From Blepharisma stoltei ATCC 30299 (Eukaryota; Protista; Ciliophora), in assembly GCA_965603825.1 (NCBI GenBank), contig CBFDEM010000029.1, positions 1 through 64,000 of the forward strand: 64,000 nt of DNA. Direction: 5' to 3'. The notes under the pieces were generated by a model, which did not search any database, was not told the origin of the DNA, and saw only the letters and a list, made by a program, of their open reading frames with translations. A program made the position numbers and the translations under genes. Of the stretch, positions 36,801 to 49,786 are shown piece by piece; the first letter of the stretch is position 1, and the number at the start of each line of letters is the position of its first letter.

Positions 36801-39793
36801 ATGCTTAAAGAAGCGTTGTCTTTGCACAAGTTGCAACCGGATCCATAATCATTGCATTTGTAGCATAGCGGATCCATGCATAAGTTGCACGAGCCATTTT
36901 GTTTGCAGCCAGATAAGCAATTCGCACTGCAATCTGAGCAGCTGCCATTATCTGGATAATCATCTATAGAGCAGTCTGGTATACAATTTCCAGAAAGCTC
37001 TAAGGGACAGAAAGAAGAGGTGCCCGATAAATATGTGCAAGATGAATATAATAGCTCAGTTGGGATTTTGTTGTAAATTTTAAATTCCCAGAGAAATCCA
37101 TTAAAAAACTCAGCAAAATTTCCTGAGCTATCGTATTTTGCTCCAAATAAAATTGTGAATGAACTTTCGAGGTCTACAAAAAATGCACCTGATATTCCAC
37201 TCCAATCATCAATATTCGTATTTGTATTGATAAAAATATTTTCATTATTCCAATCAGTTGTGGAATAAAAAATAGTAAAACTTCATTGGCTCAATGTAAT
37301 TGTTGTAGGTCCAGGCATTAAATATGCAGACCCATCTTGCAAACGCATTGATATCGCTGGCTGCTTAGAGGAAACCCCAACTGCAATATGAATATTTCTA
37401 GAGAGGTCTTGCTTCGAAAATATTCAGCCGTCATTTATTGGATAGTACCACATAAGAATGGTGAACTCAGGAGAAATTGTTAGTAGCGGTGAAGCATTAT
37501 TTCAATTTGGAGGAGCCATCATCAAAGAAGATCCTGTAAAATAATACCCTCTCTCAATGGCTGCATAGGGATCTGTAGCATCATAATTTGGATAAAATTC
37601 GTTGTTAACTCCTGTTACTACTGGAATATTTGATTGCAAATCGTATACTACATCTTCTATTTTAAGTGGTTTTAAATCAAACACAAACCCATTCAGTGCT
37701 GAATCTTGAATGCATGCACCATTGCTAGCTGTATAGCCTGTGGGACAAAACGTTATGCACACATTTTTAATATAAAAATAAGGAGAATAGCACTTGGTGC
37801 ATACTGTATTATCGTCAACACAAAGATCACAGTTCAATACTTCACAAGCTTTGCACGATTGGCTATTAGAATATCAGCCAAACCCGCTTTTACATTTGCA
37901 ATCTGTTCCTACAAATTCGGCATTTGTTTTGCAGCTTATACATGTATTTGTGTAGCTTGAACATTCATAGCATTCTTTATTTTTGCATAAACTGCAAGCA
38001 CCACTACTTTTACATCCTTCAGTACAGCTAAAATCGCAGGTGTCGCAATCTTCAGGGAACTTTGTGAAACCGCACTCACTTAAACACAAAGAATTACTCG
38101 GACACTCTGAGCAGGTTCCTGTACAGGTATAATGAATGTCCGATCCCACATAACTACTATCTTGATATATTTGCAACTTTGAAATAAACCCTTCAAATCC
38201 ATTGCTATAATTTACATCACTTCCCACATATAAGCCAGCATTAATGGAGTCAAAAAATGCAGCCATCATTGCATTCTGGATTGATGATTGACTTCCATTT
38301 ATAAAAATTCTTATAAGAGTGGATCCTAAAGCCCCTGGCTCAGCTGAAATTTCTAGATTGCATCATTGCTTACATACATTTGTAGAAGTAGATACATATG
38401 GTATTCCATCTGTCATTAATATTGAAACTTCAATAATGTCTGAGTCTTCTTTAACAACCAAATAATCACTCATGGAGCTTTTTACCAAAATAAAACCAGA
38501 ATTGATAATTTTCAATCATAAGGAAAGTGCAAAAGAAGGTGCAATTACTCCACTTGTGCTTATTCTATCACTTACTTTGAAGTAGTAGCCTCTGTTTATA
38601 GCTGGCTTTGGATCATTAACATCAAAGTTTGGATAAATGTTTGCATTATTGTTGCCTATATCTCACACTCCAATTTGACTCAAAATAAGGGAATTTGTCA
38701 AATCAAAACCAAATCCAAGATCAGGACCTATGCATTGAATGGAGCTTAAACTTTTGCCCGTGGGACAATCATTTAGGCAAAAGTAATTAAATTGGACTAG
38801 GCCTGGATTACAACTAGTACAATCATTAAAAAGTGATGACGAACAGGCTAAGCATCCTGTAAAACAACTTTGAAGTTTTCTGCTATGATTAGTTTGGCTG
38901 CTTTTCGGCTCTGGTAAATAAACGGGTACACAATTTTTGCATGAAAACTCACCTCTATATGAGTTTTCAGAGTATTCTAATTTACTAAAAAGCTGTGGAA
39001 AATTAACTTCTAAGTTATTCCTTGCCTCTAATCAATAAATGAATCCTTTAAAAGATGAAACTTCATCTACGCTTCCTATTGTCCACTTATAAAGCTCATT
39101 TGGAAAGCTTATTTCTACATTTAAAAATGATCTAACTGATATTTCATCATTGATTTTTACCATAAGCTCTATAATATTGCAATTTACTTGTTCAAATTGA
39201 AAAGACAAAGCTTGCCAAAGGTTTTGATACGGGCTCGTCTCAATGAAAATTTCTTCTAAAGCATCCTTATTAAGCAAATTCGAGACAGTTAGAATAAATA
39301 TATATATATTTTCTCTTGCCTCTATCTTAATATGGCTTCCAATTGAGCTTTCAACCCTAATAATGTTTCCTTGGTCCAAAGGCTTGATCCATAGATTAAA
39401 TGAAAAAGAAAAGCTAGGGATATAGTTTTCGCTGCTTTCTATTGTCTTATTGGATTCAAAATAAAATAAATTATTATTTTGAAGAATAGGCAGTTTTGGT
39501 AATCCATTATCAATAAATAGGTCGCTATCTCTAGTAAAAGTTTGGACTGAGTCCTTCGAATGACTAATATCTATGGTAAAAATAGAGCCTTGTGGAGTGC
39601 TGCAAAATTTAGTTCCGGAGCATGAACTATATTCAAATGAACCTGTTGGACATACATCAACGCATAATCTGTCAGCCAGATTTTTTTGGCTTGGCAAGCA
39701 TATGTAGCAGGAAGAAGAAAAGTTTGCATATCTTTCTGGGCAGCTTCCACTCACAAACTCAAATAGGACAAGAATAATAGACAGCTCAATCAT
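33881..39793 (-). CDS. Cys-rich/LamG-like multi-TM surface protein, 4 modules (~1965 aa)
   Basis: Minus ORFs starting at 39793, 38269, 37837, 36877, 36037, 35794 and 34588 share one frame and join via TGA-Trp; intron 34607-34621; signal peptide; DPKPAINRGYYF, DPYAAIERGYYF, DPLPAYLRGFYFNG; TM region FYEFK...FFLRR; TAA at 33881-33883. Confidence 0.87.
34607..34621 (-). other. 15-nt intron
   Basis: Reverse complement gtatttattatttag, phase 0, in-frame TAG. Confidence 0.88.
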
Positions 39794-40218
39794 TTTTTAT
39801 TATTTCAACTATAATAGAAGAAATATGCTCTTTATAACTCAAAGCTTAAGCATTTACAAGAAAAATTCAAATAAAACGAGGAATTTGTTGTTTTGTTAAA
39901 AAAACAGTTTTTTTAAAATAATAAAAGCTTTAAATAAAGCTCTGAATTATAACATATAAAGCTTAAATCAGAATAGTTATCAAGCATATAAAATTTATAG
40001 ATTTTATGCTGAATTAGTCTTGATTTTATAATATCTTAAAGTTTTTGTTTTATACTTACTTTTATTCATTTAATGAATGCATAATTGCTGACGTGTATTG
40101 CTATAATCATTTTCAAAGTTTTATTACTACAATATATAATATCGACATCCTAGGGAGAAAATATGCATTTAGGATTTAAATTAAAAACACATAATTTTTA
40201 AAACGAGTTAAATAATAA

Positions 40219-43200
40219 TTACTCCAGGGTAATTATCTTTCCACTCTTTCTTTGGTTGTTTGCAGCTTTATTAAAAAAGCTACGGCTTGGTGAATTTCTC
40301 GAAGTCATCGCTGTTATTTCACCTTCCATGGTTTCATTGATTGTATCGAGGACGATTTCTTGTCTAACTCCTGAAATCTTTTTAGACTTAGACTGTATAA
40401 ACGAAATGATTGACTTGATAGGAAGCATAATAGAAACTGCGACGTGAAAAGCTAAAATAAGGATAAAAAGCCCGACAATGACTTGCTCGTATCTTCCAAT
40501 AGTTGATTGATCCATGCTTGAAGAATAAATTGACATGCAAGTCATAATTACAGCTAAGCAAAGCTCTGATAGAGTATGAAATACTCCCATAATAAAATCT
40601 TTATAAGGCCATATGACAACTAAATAAATCATATGTGCTAGTGAAATCACTATTAAAATAGCGATTTGAGCTGATGATGAATTTCTAAGAAGAATTAAAG
40701 CTCCTGCATAAACGATTCTTCTTACAAAAAATATCGTATGATATTGAGTGCTTAAAAACTTATAAGTCTTGAGCTCATAATAAAATGATCCAAAATATTT
40801 CCCAAAAGATTGGTTATGCTGAACAATTTTAATTTCACATAAATAAGTAAGTAAAAATAATGCTACGGGTGAAATAGCTGATAAAGATATCGTTATGACG
40901 CAAAGCAGCTGATTAATGCTTTGGGTTGTATTACCACAATAAAACTAAATAAAAATTACTGTTATAATGGCTATAAGTGAAGAAATGGTAAAAGATAAGT
41001 AGTATTGGATCCAAAACCTGGCAAAAAGTGAATACTTGTATGAAACTAATGAATTAAAGTATTTTCCTTTTAAATGCAAGCGAGAAATAAAAGAAAGGGC
41101 ATAAGAGATTGGTATTCCTACTAGTAATCCAATGAGTACAGTTAGGCTCTTCCCAATATTAATTAGAAGCAAATCGGTATCAACCCCTGCTCTTTCTGCT
41201 AGTTCATATGGAGATTCCCCATCACTTTTATCAATAAAATACTCAAAAATATTTGGTATAGGGTTATAATTTCCAGTATCTTTAAAAAAATCAGTCATTT
41301 TTTCTGACATTTTCACATTAACTAATGGCAAATAGGTAACCATTGAGATGATGTTCATTAGGCTTCATAATCCAACAGGATTAAAATTTATAAACGAAAG
41401 CCCAAGTGACGTTGCAAGTGTAGATTGGACTATAATAGCTATATGAGAGCTTAAATCTATCATTTTAGCTGTTCATTCATATGGATCATAAGAATATAGC
41501 CCTCCATATAGTTTATTTGTTTTTAGAAGTCCGTTGGAGACAGATTTGATTTTCAATATTTCTAAGAACTCCAAGGTAACTATAGTATCCTGATTAATTT
41601 CTGAATCTAGTCTAAGCTCTATAAAGTAATTTTTCTGGCTCACTTTTGTGATAGTGAAATTCAATTTGGTTGAGTTAATGAAAATAGAAATGTCTTTCTC
41701 GCTTAGATCGTTTGCTAAATTATCATTGAACAGCAAGTTAAGGGTGTTGTTTTTATTGACATCTAAGGTTGCGTAGAATTCTACTTCAGAGCAGAGAGCT
41801 GTGCCACTGAACCCATCATTGCACTTGCATAAGTTATCAACAATTGAGGCATTCTCTATACACTTGGAGCAGTAAGTATCTGATGTGCATAATGAACAGA
41901 AATCAGGGCATTTAATTAAGGTATCATCATTTTCAAGGTAATAACCATCTGGCACAGCTTCACATCTTTCTGTGCCTGAATTTCAATAAAATCCATTTTC
42001 GCACTCACAATTTGGTAAGATTGCTGAAGGATCTATGCACGAAGTGCAGGTCTGAGTACTATAGCTGCTGCATAGCAAACACTTTGGATTCGAGCACAAA
42101 GTGCAAGAAGAACTATCTCCAGAGCAGCTAGAACATCCTGAATGGCAATTGCTGCAGCTGGTGCCTGTCCAATATTGATTTATACCACAGTTCGGAATGC
42201 AGCCAGTCAATTTTGGGCATGATGAACAACTGCTGCTGCATGCTGATGATAAGAAAGATGATGGAGATGATATTTTTTCATTTTGAATGCATACGCTATA
42301 AATAAAACCATTGAAAAATGATCCTTCTGTTAGAACTCTTTCTCGAGAAGGAGACTTTGAGTCTCCTCCAATAGTCACTCTCATATGACCAGAAATATCA
42401 TTAAAGTATCCATTCGAAATTCCTTGCAAAGTGTCTTGCACAGAATTAATAAAACTTAAAATAACTGTATTTCCTGAAAAAATATCAAAAGTTACCATAT
42501 AAAGGCTCCAAGCATTCATAGGCACAGTATTCTGAGCTGTGAAAGAATAGAGAGTTCCATAATCCAAAGAAATCCTTATATTTGGGCTGCCATTTAATAG
42601 GGAAATTATCAAAATATCGTTTAAGCTTGAGTCTCTTTTAGCAAAAAGTACTGAGTTTGATGAACTTGGATTAATTCAGGTTGTAAATGTAAAATAAGGC
42701 CCAACAACTAGTTTTGGCGATAAATATGTGCCGAACTCAGGCAAGTTGATAATGGAACTGTTTCCATTGAAATACATGCCTCTTAATGGGGCTGGGAGCG
42801 GATCATCTTTATCATAGCCATTAGTAAAATTAGAAGTTGACCCTGTAATTCCAGGAATCTTACTCTCTTTATCATATATAACACCATCTAGCGAGTTTAG
42901 GTCTAAGTCAAAAATAGCTGTTATTTTCTGTATACAGTTTCCACTGCTATCAGCTTGATAGCCTGCAGGGCATGCTTCTAGACACATACTATTCAACATA
43001 AAATATCCACTTGCGCAGGAAGTACATGAATAAAAATTATTCGAGTCACAAGTAGTGCATTGGTCGGGACACCCAAAGCAAATTTGATTGGTTTTATCAT
43101 AAAGGGCTCCTGTCTCACATGTACATGAAAATCCAGAAAGAGAAGCATGATCTTTGCAAGTTTTACAAGCAGATGTAAAATCATCACAAATACTGCAAAG

Positions 43201-46200
43201 TTCGTCTTGGCATAAATTGCAAGCATTGTCATTTCTTACACAGCCTTGAGATGCACATTTAGAGCTGCAAGTAGAGCAACTGCTTCCATTTGGAAATTGG
43301 TTAATAGGACAGTTTGGTATGCAGCTTCCCGAATTATCTGATGGGCATAGTGAGCAGCCAAGGCAACTTGCTGAATATAAAGAAAATCCAGGAATTGTGT
43401 TATAAATTTTCAAATCCCATAAAAAGCCTGCATATAAATTAGAAAGTTTTGATGAAGCGTAATATTTTGCTCCTATCAGAATTGAGAAAGCTGATTGGAT
43501 ATCTTCATAGTAACTTATTGCTAATCCAGATGATGCTTCTGAAATCCCATTAATTTCAAACTTAATTACTTGAGCTGAGCTTACATCAGATGTGACTGAT
43601 ACAATATTCCATGCATTTTTTACCACTGAAGCTGTGCTTGTTGCAGAATAAGAGTTTCCATCTTGAAGCTTGACTTCAATAGTTGGGTGACTACTAGCAA
43701 TTTCCAATGAAAAATAAAGTTTTTTCGAAGAGTCTTGCTTTGAAAAAATTACCCCATCCGTTGTTGGGTTTATTCATGCAGATATCACAAATTGAGGAGA
43801 AAGTGTTAATAAAGGTGAAGAATCTTGGTAATTTGGTGGAAGCATCATTATAGAAGAGCCTGTAAAGAAGTATCCTCTATCAAGAGCAGCATAAGGATCA
43901 TCAGAGTTATAATTTGGATAGAAGGCAGAAGTTGTCCCTGTAACTACTGGAATTCCAGACTGCAAGTCAACTACTCTATTTTCGATTTTATGAGGCATTA
44001 AATTGAAAATAAAGCCATTTAAAGAAGCTGCAAGAGCACATTTGTTGCCGCTTGAATTATACCCGGTTGGGCAAAATGGTAGACAAAGATTTTGGATTAG
44101 ATTGTATGTCGCAGAACATGTCGTACAAGTATAGGGTCCAGAGCAGGAATTGCAGTTCGCAGGGCATTTATAGCAGGAAAATGTGGCTGAGTCTCAATTA
44201 TATCCAATTTTGCAATCACAGGTAGATCCATTTAAGTATGCATTTGTCTTGCATGTAGTACAAGTTGATGTATAGTCTGAACAAACCTCACATTTTTGGT
44301 CTTGGCATAAATTACAGTCGGAATTGCTATTAGCACATCCTATATGAGAGCAAGAAGAGTCACAGTTCGAACAAGAGCCTGAGCTTGGGTATTGAGATAC
44401 TTGACAGTTTGGTAAACAGTTTCCTGAGTTATCTAGTGGACAATACGCGCATCCCCCTGAGCAGCTTGAGCTATACAGTGTAGAGCTTGGGATCACGTTA
44501 TAGATTTTGAGATCTCATATAAATCCTGTATAAAAAGAAGTAATAGTGCTTGAGCTATATTTTCCACCTATTATAATCGTGAAAGAAGATGATATATCTT
44601 TAAACCAGCTTGTAGATAATGCTGCTGAGGTATCAGAAGCTCCATTAGTGTTAAATATAATTGTCTCGCTTGGGGATTTATCAATCGTGGGTGTAAAACT
44701 AATAAAGTTTCATTGATTATAGGTAACTTTAGAGGTACTAGACACTGAATAAGTTTGGCCATTTTCAAGCTTGATTTTTATTGATGGATTTTGGCTAGAT
44801 ATACTCATTGTAAGAATTTCATTATCAGAAGAGTCTTGCTTAGAAAATATAATTCCATCACTTTTTGGGTTTATCCATGCAGAAATGGCAAATTCTGGCG
44901 ATATTATTAGCAAAGGCGAAGCATCTTTAAAATTAGGAGGTAATACCATATAAGAAGTGCCAGTAAACCAATACCCTCTTCCATCAGCTGCATAAGGATC
45001 GCTGCTTAAATAATTAGGATAGAAGTCACTGCTACTTCCTGTTTCAACAGGAATTCCTGACTGTAAATCAACTACTCTGTCTTCAATTTTAATTAATTTC
45101 ATATGAAACACAAACCCATTTGTTGATGCATCAATTGTACATTTCCCGCTGCTTCCAGTGTATCCTGTAGGGCAGTTATCAACACATAGATTCTGGATTA
45201 AGTAAAATCCGCTAGCACATGAGTCACATTTCAGCGTTCCACTGCATGAATAACAGTTAGATGGACAAAGTAGGCAAGACAAAGCTGATGAATCCCATCC
45301 ATATCGTTTATCACATTGACAAGAAGCTCCTACAAGAGTTGCTTTAGATTTGCAAGTTGTGCAAGTTGATGTAAAATCCTTGCAAATATCGCAAATAGGG
45401 TCTTGACAAAGATTGCAGTCAGAATTTCTTACACAGCCAGATTTACAGCTGGAGGCACAACTAGCACAATTTGATCCTGATGGAAACTGCGAAAGAGGGC
45501 AATTAGGCAAACAAGTATTCGAATTATCAATTGGACAATAAGTGCATCCTGATGAACAAGTAGAAGAATATAAATTGGACACCGGAATTTTATTATAGAT
45601 TTTCAGATCCCACAAAAACCCTGTATAGAAGCTATTAAATGATGAAGATTTTTTGGCACCCAAAGTAATGGTAAAAGAACTTGATATATCTTGGTAAAAA
45701 AATGCAGCAAGAGATTGGGAATCTGAAACAGTGTTTATTTGGAAATTAATGGCTTCAGTTGTGGAGAGAGATGAGGTAATTGAAATAATGTTCCAGCTAT
45801 TCAAAGTAACTGCTGAAGTGCTTGACACTGAATATGAATTCCCATCGCTTAATGTGATAGTAACTTTAGGATAGCCACCGGCTATCGACAATATGAGGTA
45901 TTCATTTTGAGACGAATCTTGCTTTGAAAAAATGACCCCGTTTGTTGATGGATTAATCCAGGTTGAGATGACAAACTGAGGAGATAAGGTTAGCAGTGAT
46001 GTAGAGTCTTTATAGTTAGGAGGGAGTGACATGACTGAGGACCCTGAAAAGTAATAGCCTCTTGATATTGCTGCATAAGGATCGTCTGTCTTATAGTTTG
46101 GATAAAAATCATTAGTTGATCCAGTAACAATAGGAATGTTTGATTGTAAATCATTAACTATATCGCTAATTCCATGTGGCATCAAATTAAACACAAAGCC

Positions 46201-49200
46201 ATTTAAACCATCCAAATTGCATACTCCGCTAATACTTTTATATCCAGTAAGGCATGATAACATACAAACCCCTTGTATTAAATTATATGATCCAGTGCAG
46301 GTAGTGCACACAAAAATCCCACTACAAGCATCACAGTTCGACGGACAATGGGTGCAGGATAGAGATGCCGAACTCCAATAGTATCCAGAATTGCATGCAC
46401 AATTTGACCCACTCACAGCAGCATTTGATTTGCAAGTTGTACAAGTGGATGTAAAGTCACTGCATACAGCACAAATAGCATCATTACATAAATTGCAATC
46501 AGAGCTTCTAACACAGCCTTTATTACATGATCCATCACAGTCTCCACAAGTTGCTCCAGATGGATATTTTGATATAGGACAGTTTGGTAGGCAAGTATTC
46601 GAATTATCGATAGGACAATAGCTACATCCTGATGAGCATGAAGTAGAGTATAGTGTAGAAGTAGGTATTATATTGTAAATTTTTAAATCCCATAAAAATC
46701 CTCTATAAAAATTCAAATATGCGCCTGAACTTTTTTTCGCTCCTATAGTAATTGTAAATGAGCTTTGGAGATCTTGATACCAGTTGGACACAAATTCAGT
46801 AGTGTCACTGACAGTGCTAACTAAAAATTTAATTGCTTGCTTTTGAGAACTGCTGATAAAAGAGCTGATGTAAACGAAGTTTCATTGGTTCATCAATATT
46901 GATGAACTGCTGGTAGCTGTATAAGAATTTCCATCTGCCAATTTGATTGTTCCTTTCGGGTGCCCACTTAAAGTGCTGAATGTGAAATATTCATTGCCAG
47001 AAGAATCTTGCTTAGAAAATAAAACTCCGTCGTTCGCAGGATTAATCCAGGCTGCCATAAGAAATTGCGGAGAAAAGGTCAGGAGAGATGTAGAGTCTTT
47101 ATAATTAGGAGGAAGAGGCATAATTGAGGACCCTGAAAAGTAATAGCCTCTTGATATTGCTGCATAAGGATCGTCTGACTTATAGTTAGGATAGAAATCA
47201 CTGCTTGATCCAGTAACAACAGGAATGCTTGATTGTAAATCATTAACTATATCGCTAATTCCATGTGGCATCAAATTAAATATAAATCCATTTAAACCGT
47301 CCAAATTGCATGAACTACCACTAATTTTATATCCAGTCGGGCAAAAACTCTGGCAAGTGCCTTGGATTAAGTATAAAGACAAAGAACACCCAGTGCATGT
47401 CAAAGAATCAGTACACGTTGAGCAGCTAGACGGGCATACAGGCCCACTTGTGCAAGAAAGAGATGAAGAAGACCAGTTCAATCCACTGTTGCAAGAGCAA
47501 TGTCCACTAGACACTGTGGCAGAAGCTACACAGGCAGTGCAAGATCCTGTATAAGATGCGCATGTTGTGCAAGGACTATCCTGACATAAAGTGCATGTTT
47601 GGCCATCCACACAACCTTTTGTGCACGAGCTCAAGCACGATGTGCAGCTAGGAGGATAGGTGTTTAAGGCACACTCACTTAAGCACTGCAAACTCTGCGA
47701 GCATGCGCTGCAAGTTCCTACACAGCCTGAAGTTGTATAATTTGCGGAAATATATTTTGGGTCATTTGAATTATAAAGGTAGAATGATGCTATAAAGCCA
47801 TTAAAGCCACTCGTTGGGTCTCCCAATTGAATTGACTGGGATGAGTCATGATATGAATCATCGATGTAGGCCTTATTTGAAAAAGAAGCTGTGTTGCTTT
47901 GGACTCCATCAACATAGGACAACAACTGATAAGATCCATTAGCATTTGCTTGCCCCACAAAAACCAAATTATGCCAGGAGCCAACAATCTTATCAGAGTT
48001 AACTGATGCAGTTGAAGAGTCGTGCATTTTTAATGTCAAAGTCGCGGTTCCATCGGAATTAACTATTATTTTGCCCATGCTATTGCCTTGGCTCATAAAA
48101 GTGCCACTGGCAGTTGCCTTCACCCAAAAATTCATCGTAAAATATGGGCTAATCACTATACCTGCTGTTGTATTTGCTATGGAGTTTGATGCAAAATAAT
48201 AACCTCTTTGAAGAGCTGGATATGGATCGTTTGCATCATAATTTGGCATATTATTTGATTGACTTGCTCCATATTTTCAACTGCCTGACTTTTTGAGCGA
48301 AACTGACCCGGAGTTCAAGTCAAGTGAAGTGGCAAGATCACTGTACCAGGCACATGTCCCATCACCATTGTCAAGATATCCAGTAGGGCAATAATCAACA
48401 CATATAATTGGACTCCCAACACTCATATAAAAATTGGTATAATCGCATGCTGTACAATCAGTGTAAAGTCCTGTGCTTGTCGAGCAAAGACAGCCATAAA
48501 AGCAGTTTGTCAGTGATCTTCCCATATCTGAGGTGGAATTTGCGAGATGCGGCCATGGACTTTTATATTTTTCGCACTTTTTTCCATTCCAAAAGCTTCC
48601 AAAATTGCATTCCAGCCTATTTTCAAACTCTGGAAACTCGATGAATAAGTCGTTTCTAGCCTCAAGTCAATAAATAAACCCTCTGAAAGAGTTTTCATTT
48701 CTTGTTTGCCCAAGTGTTCACAAAGAGTTCTCTCCATCAAATCCTGTCTCATATCCAAAGAACTGATTAGAACTGGTAATTCCATTTATTTTTGTTGTCA
48801 TTTCTACAGTTTCACAGTCAATTTGATTGTACTGAACAGTGAGACTATGTCATCCTTTGGGATAGCCTTCAGAAATAAATGCGATTCTTGAGCTTTCTCC
48901 ATTTCTATATGAATTTTTGGCTGCTAAAGTAACCCTATACTTTCCATTTACTGACTCGAATTTCAGGTAACGGTCTATATTATCTTCGATATTCAAAATT
49001 TGTCCATTTTCTTGAGCCCAAATTCAGAGATTTAAGGTAAATTCGACTGATGGTATGTAATGATATTCGCTGGACATTTGTGATTTGGGCAAGAAATAAA
49101 AGCCTCTTTCACTGTATGGCAATGGAGTTCGCCCTAGGGAGTTAGAATAAGGCAAATTCCTAAAGTTTGTGAATCGGCCAATTGAATTGCTTGTCAAGTT

Positions 49201-49443
49201 GTAAGTCTTCGAAAAGGCCAAGCTAAAAATTTCACCTGTATGAGGACTGCAGGCCGCTGAAAGACCATCACAGGATGGGATTTCAAATGAGCTAGAAGGG
49301 CAATTGGAGACACAAATTTTATCGTTGAGAAGCTTCTTGGGAGGGAAGCAGCCAAAGCATGAAGATGTGATTAAACCATAATCTAGTGGACAAGAGGTAG
49401 AAACAACTTTGATGATCAAAAAAAGATTTGCAAGTATGATCAT
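40219..49443 (-). CDS. Cys-rich/LamG-like multi-TM surface protein, 7 modules (~3069 aa)
   Basis: Minus ORFs from 49443 to 40650 share one frame; the 49023-48526 gap translated by hand has no TAA/TAG; intron 40945-40959; signal peptide MIILANLFLIIKVVSTSC; same motifs and TM tail as its paralogues. Confidence 0.88.
40945..40959 (-). other. 15-nt intron
   Basis: Reverse complement gtaatttttatttag, phase 0, in-frame TAG. Confidence 0.9.
45990..47335. repeat. Intragenic direct repeat with 1089-nt offset (~45990-46245 vs ~47080-47335)
   Basis: Exact ~50-nt blocks shared, e.g. tgaggaccctgaaaagtaatagcctcttgatattgctgcataaggatcgtctg at 46036 and 47125. Confidence 0.9.
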
Positions 49444-49786
49444 TTATTATATAAAGAAATTACTGGACAATGTTCATTATTCTAATAGCGAATATGCAAT
49501 AATGAAGTTGCCATGTGGAGAAATTCGTGTGGTTTTTATAGGTATGCATTTACAATAATTTTTTTAAAATCCATCTACAGAGAAAATTTAGAAATTTTCC
49601 TTATAAATATCAAAGCTATTCTTAAGTATATTAGAAAAAAGTAAAATACTAAATTTTAGCTTATCACTTAGCCATAAATATAAAGTAACATAATTTCCAT
49701 ATTAGTTTTATTATCTGTCTACACTAGATTTTGAGCTCAATCAATCAAATCTAGGTTTTCTTCGTACTAATTTTTCTTTAAATTTC

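Noticed and set aside
7768-49443. TGA as selenocysteine or cysteine
   Set aside because: TGA aligns with Trp (IW, SWN, GWQID), not with the Cys pattern
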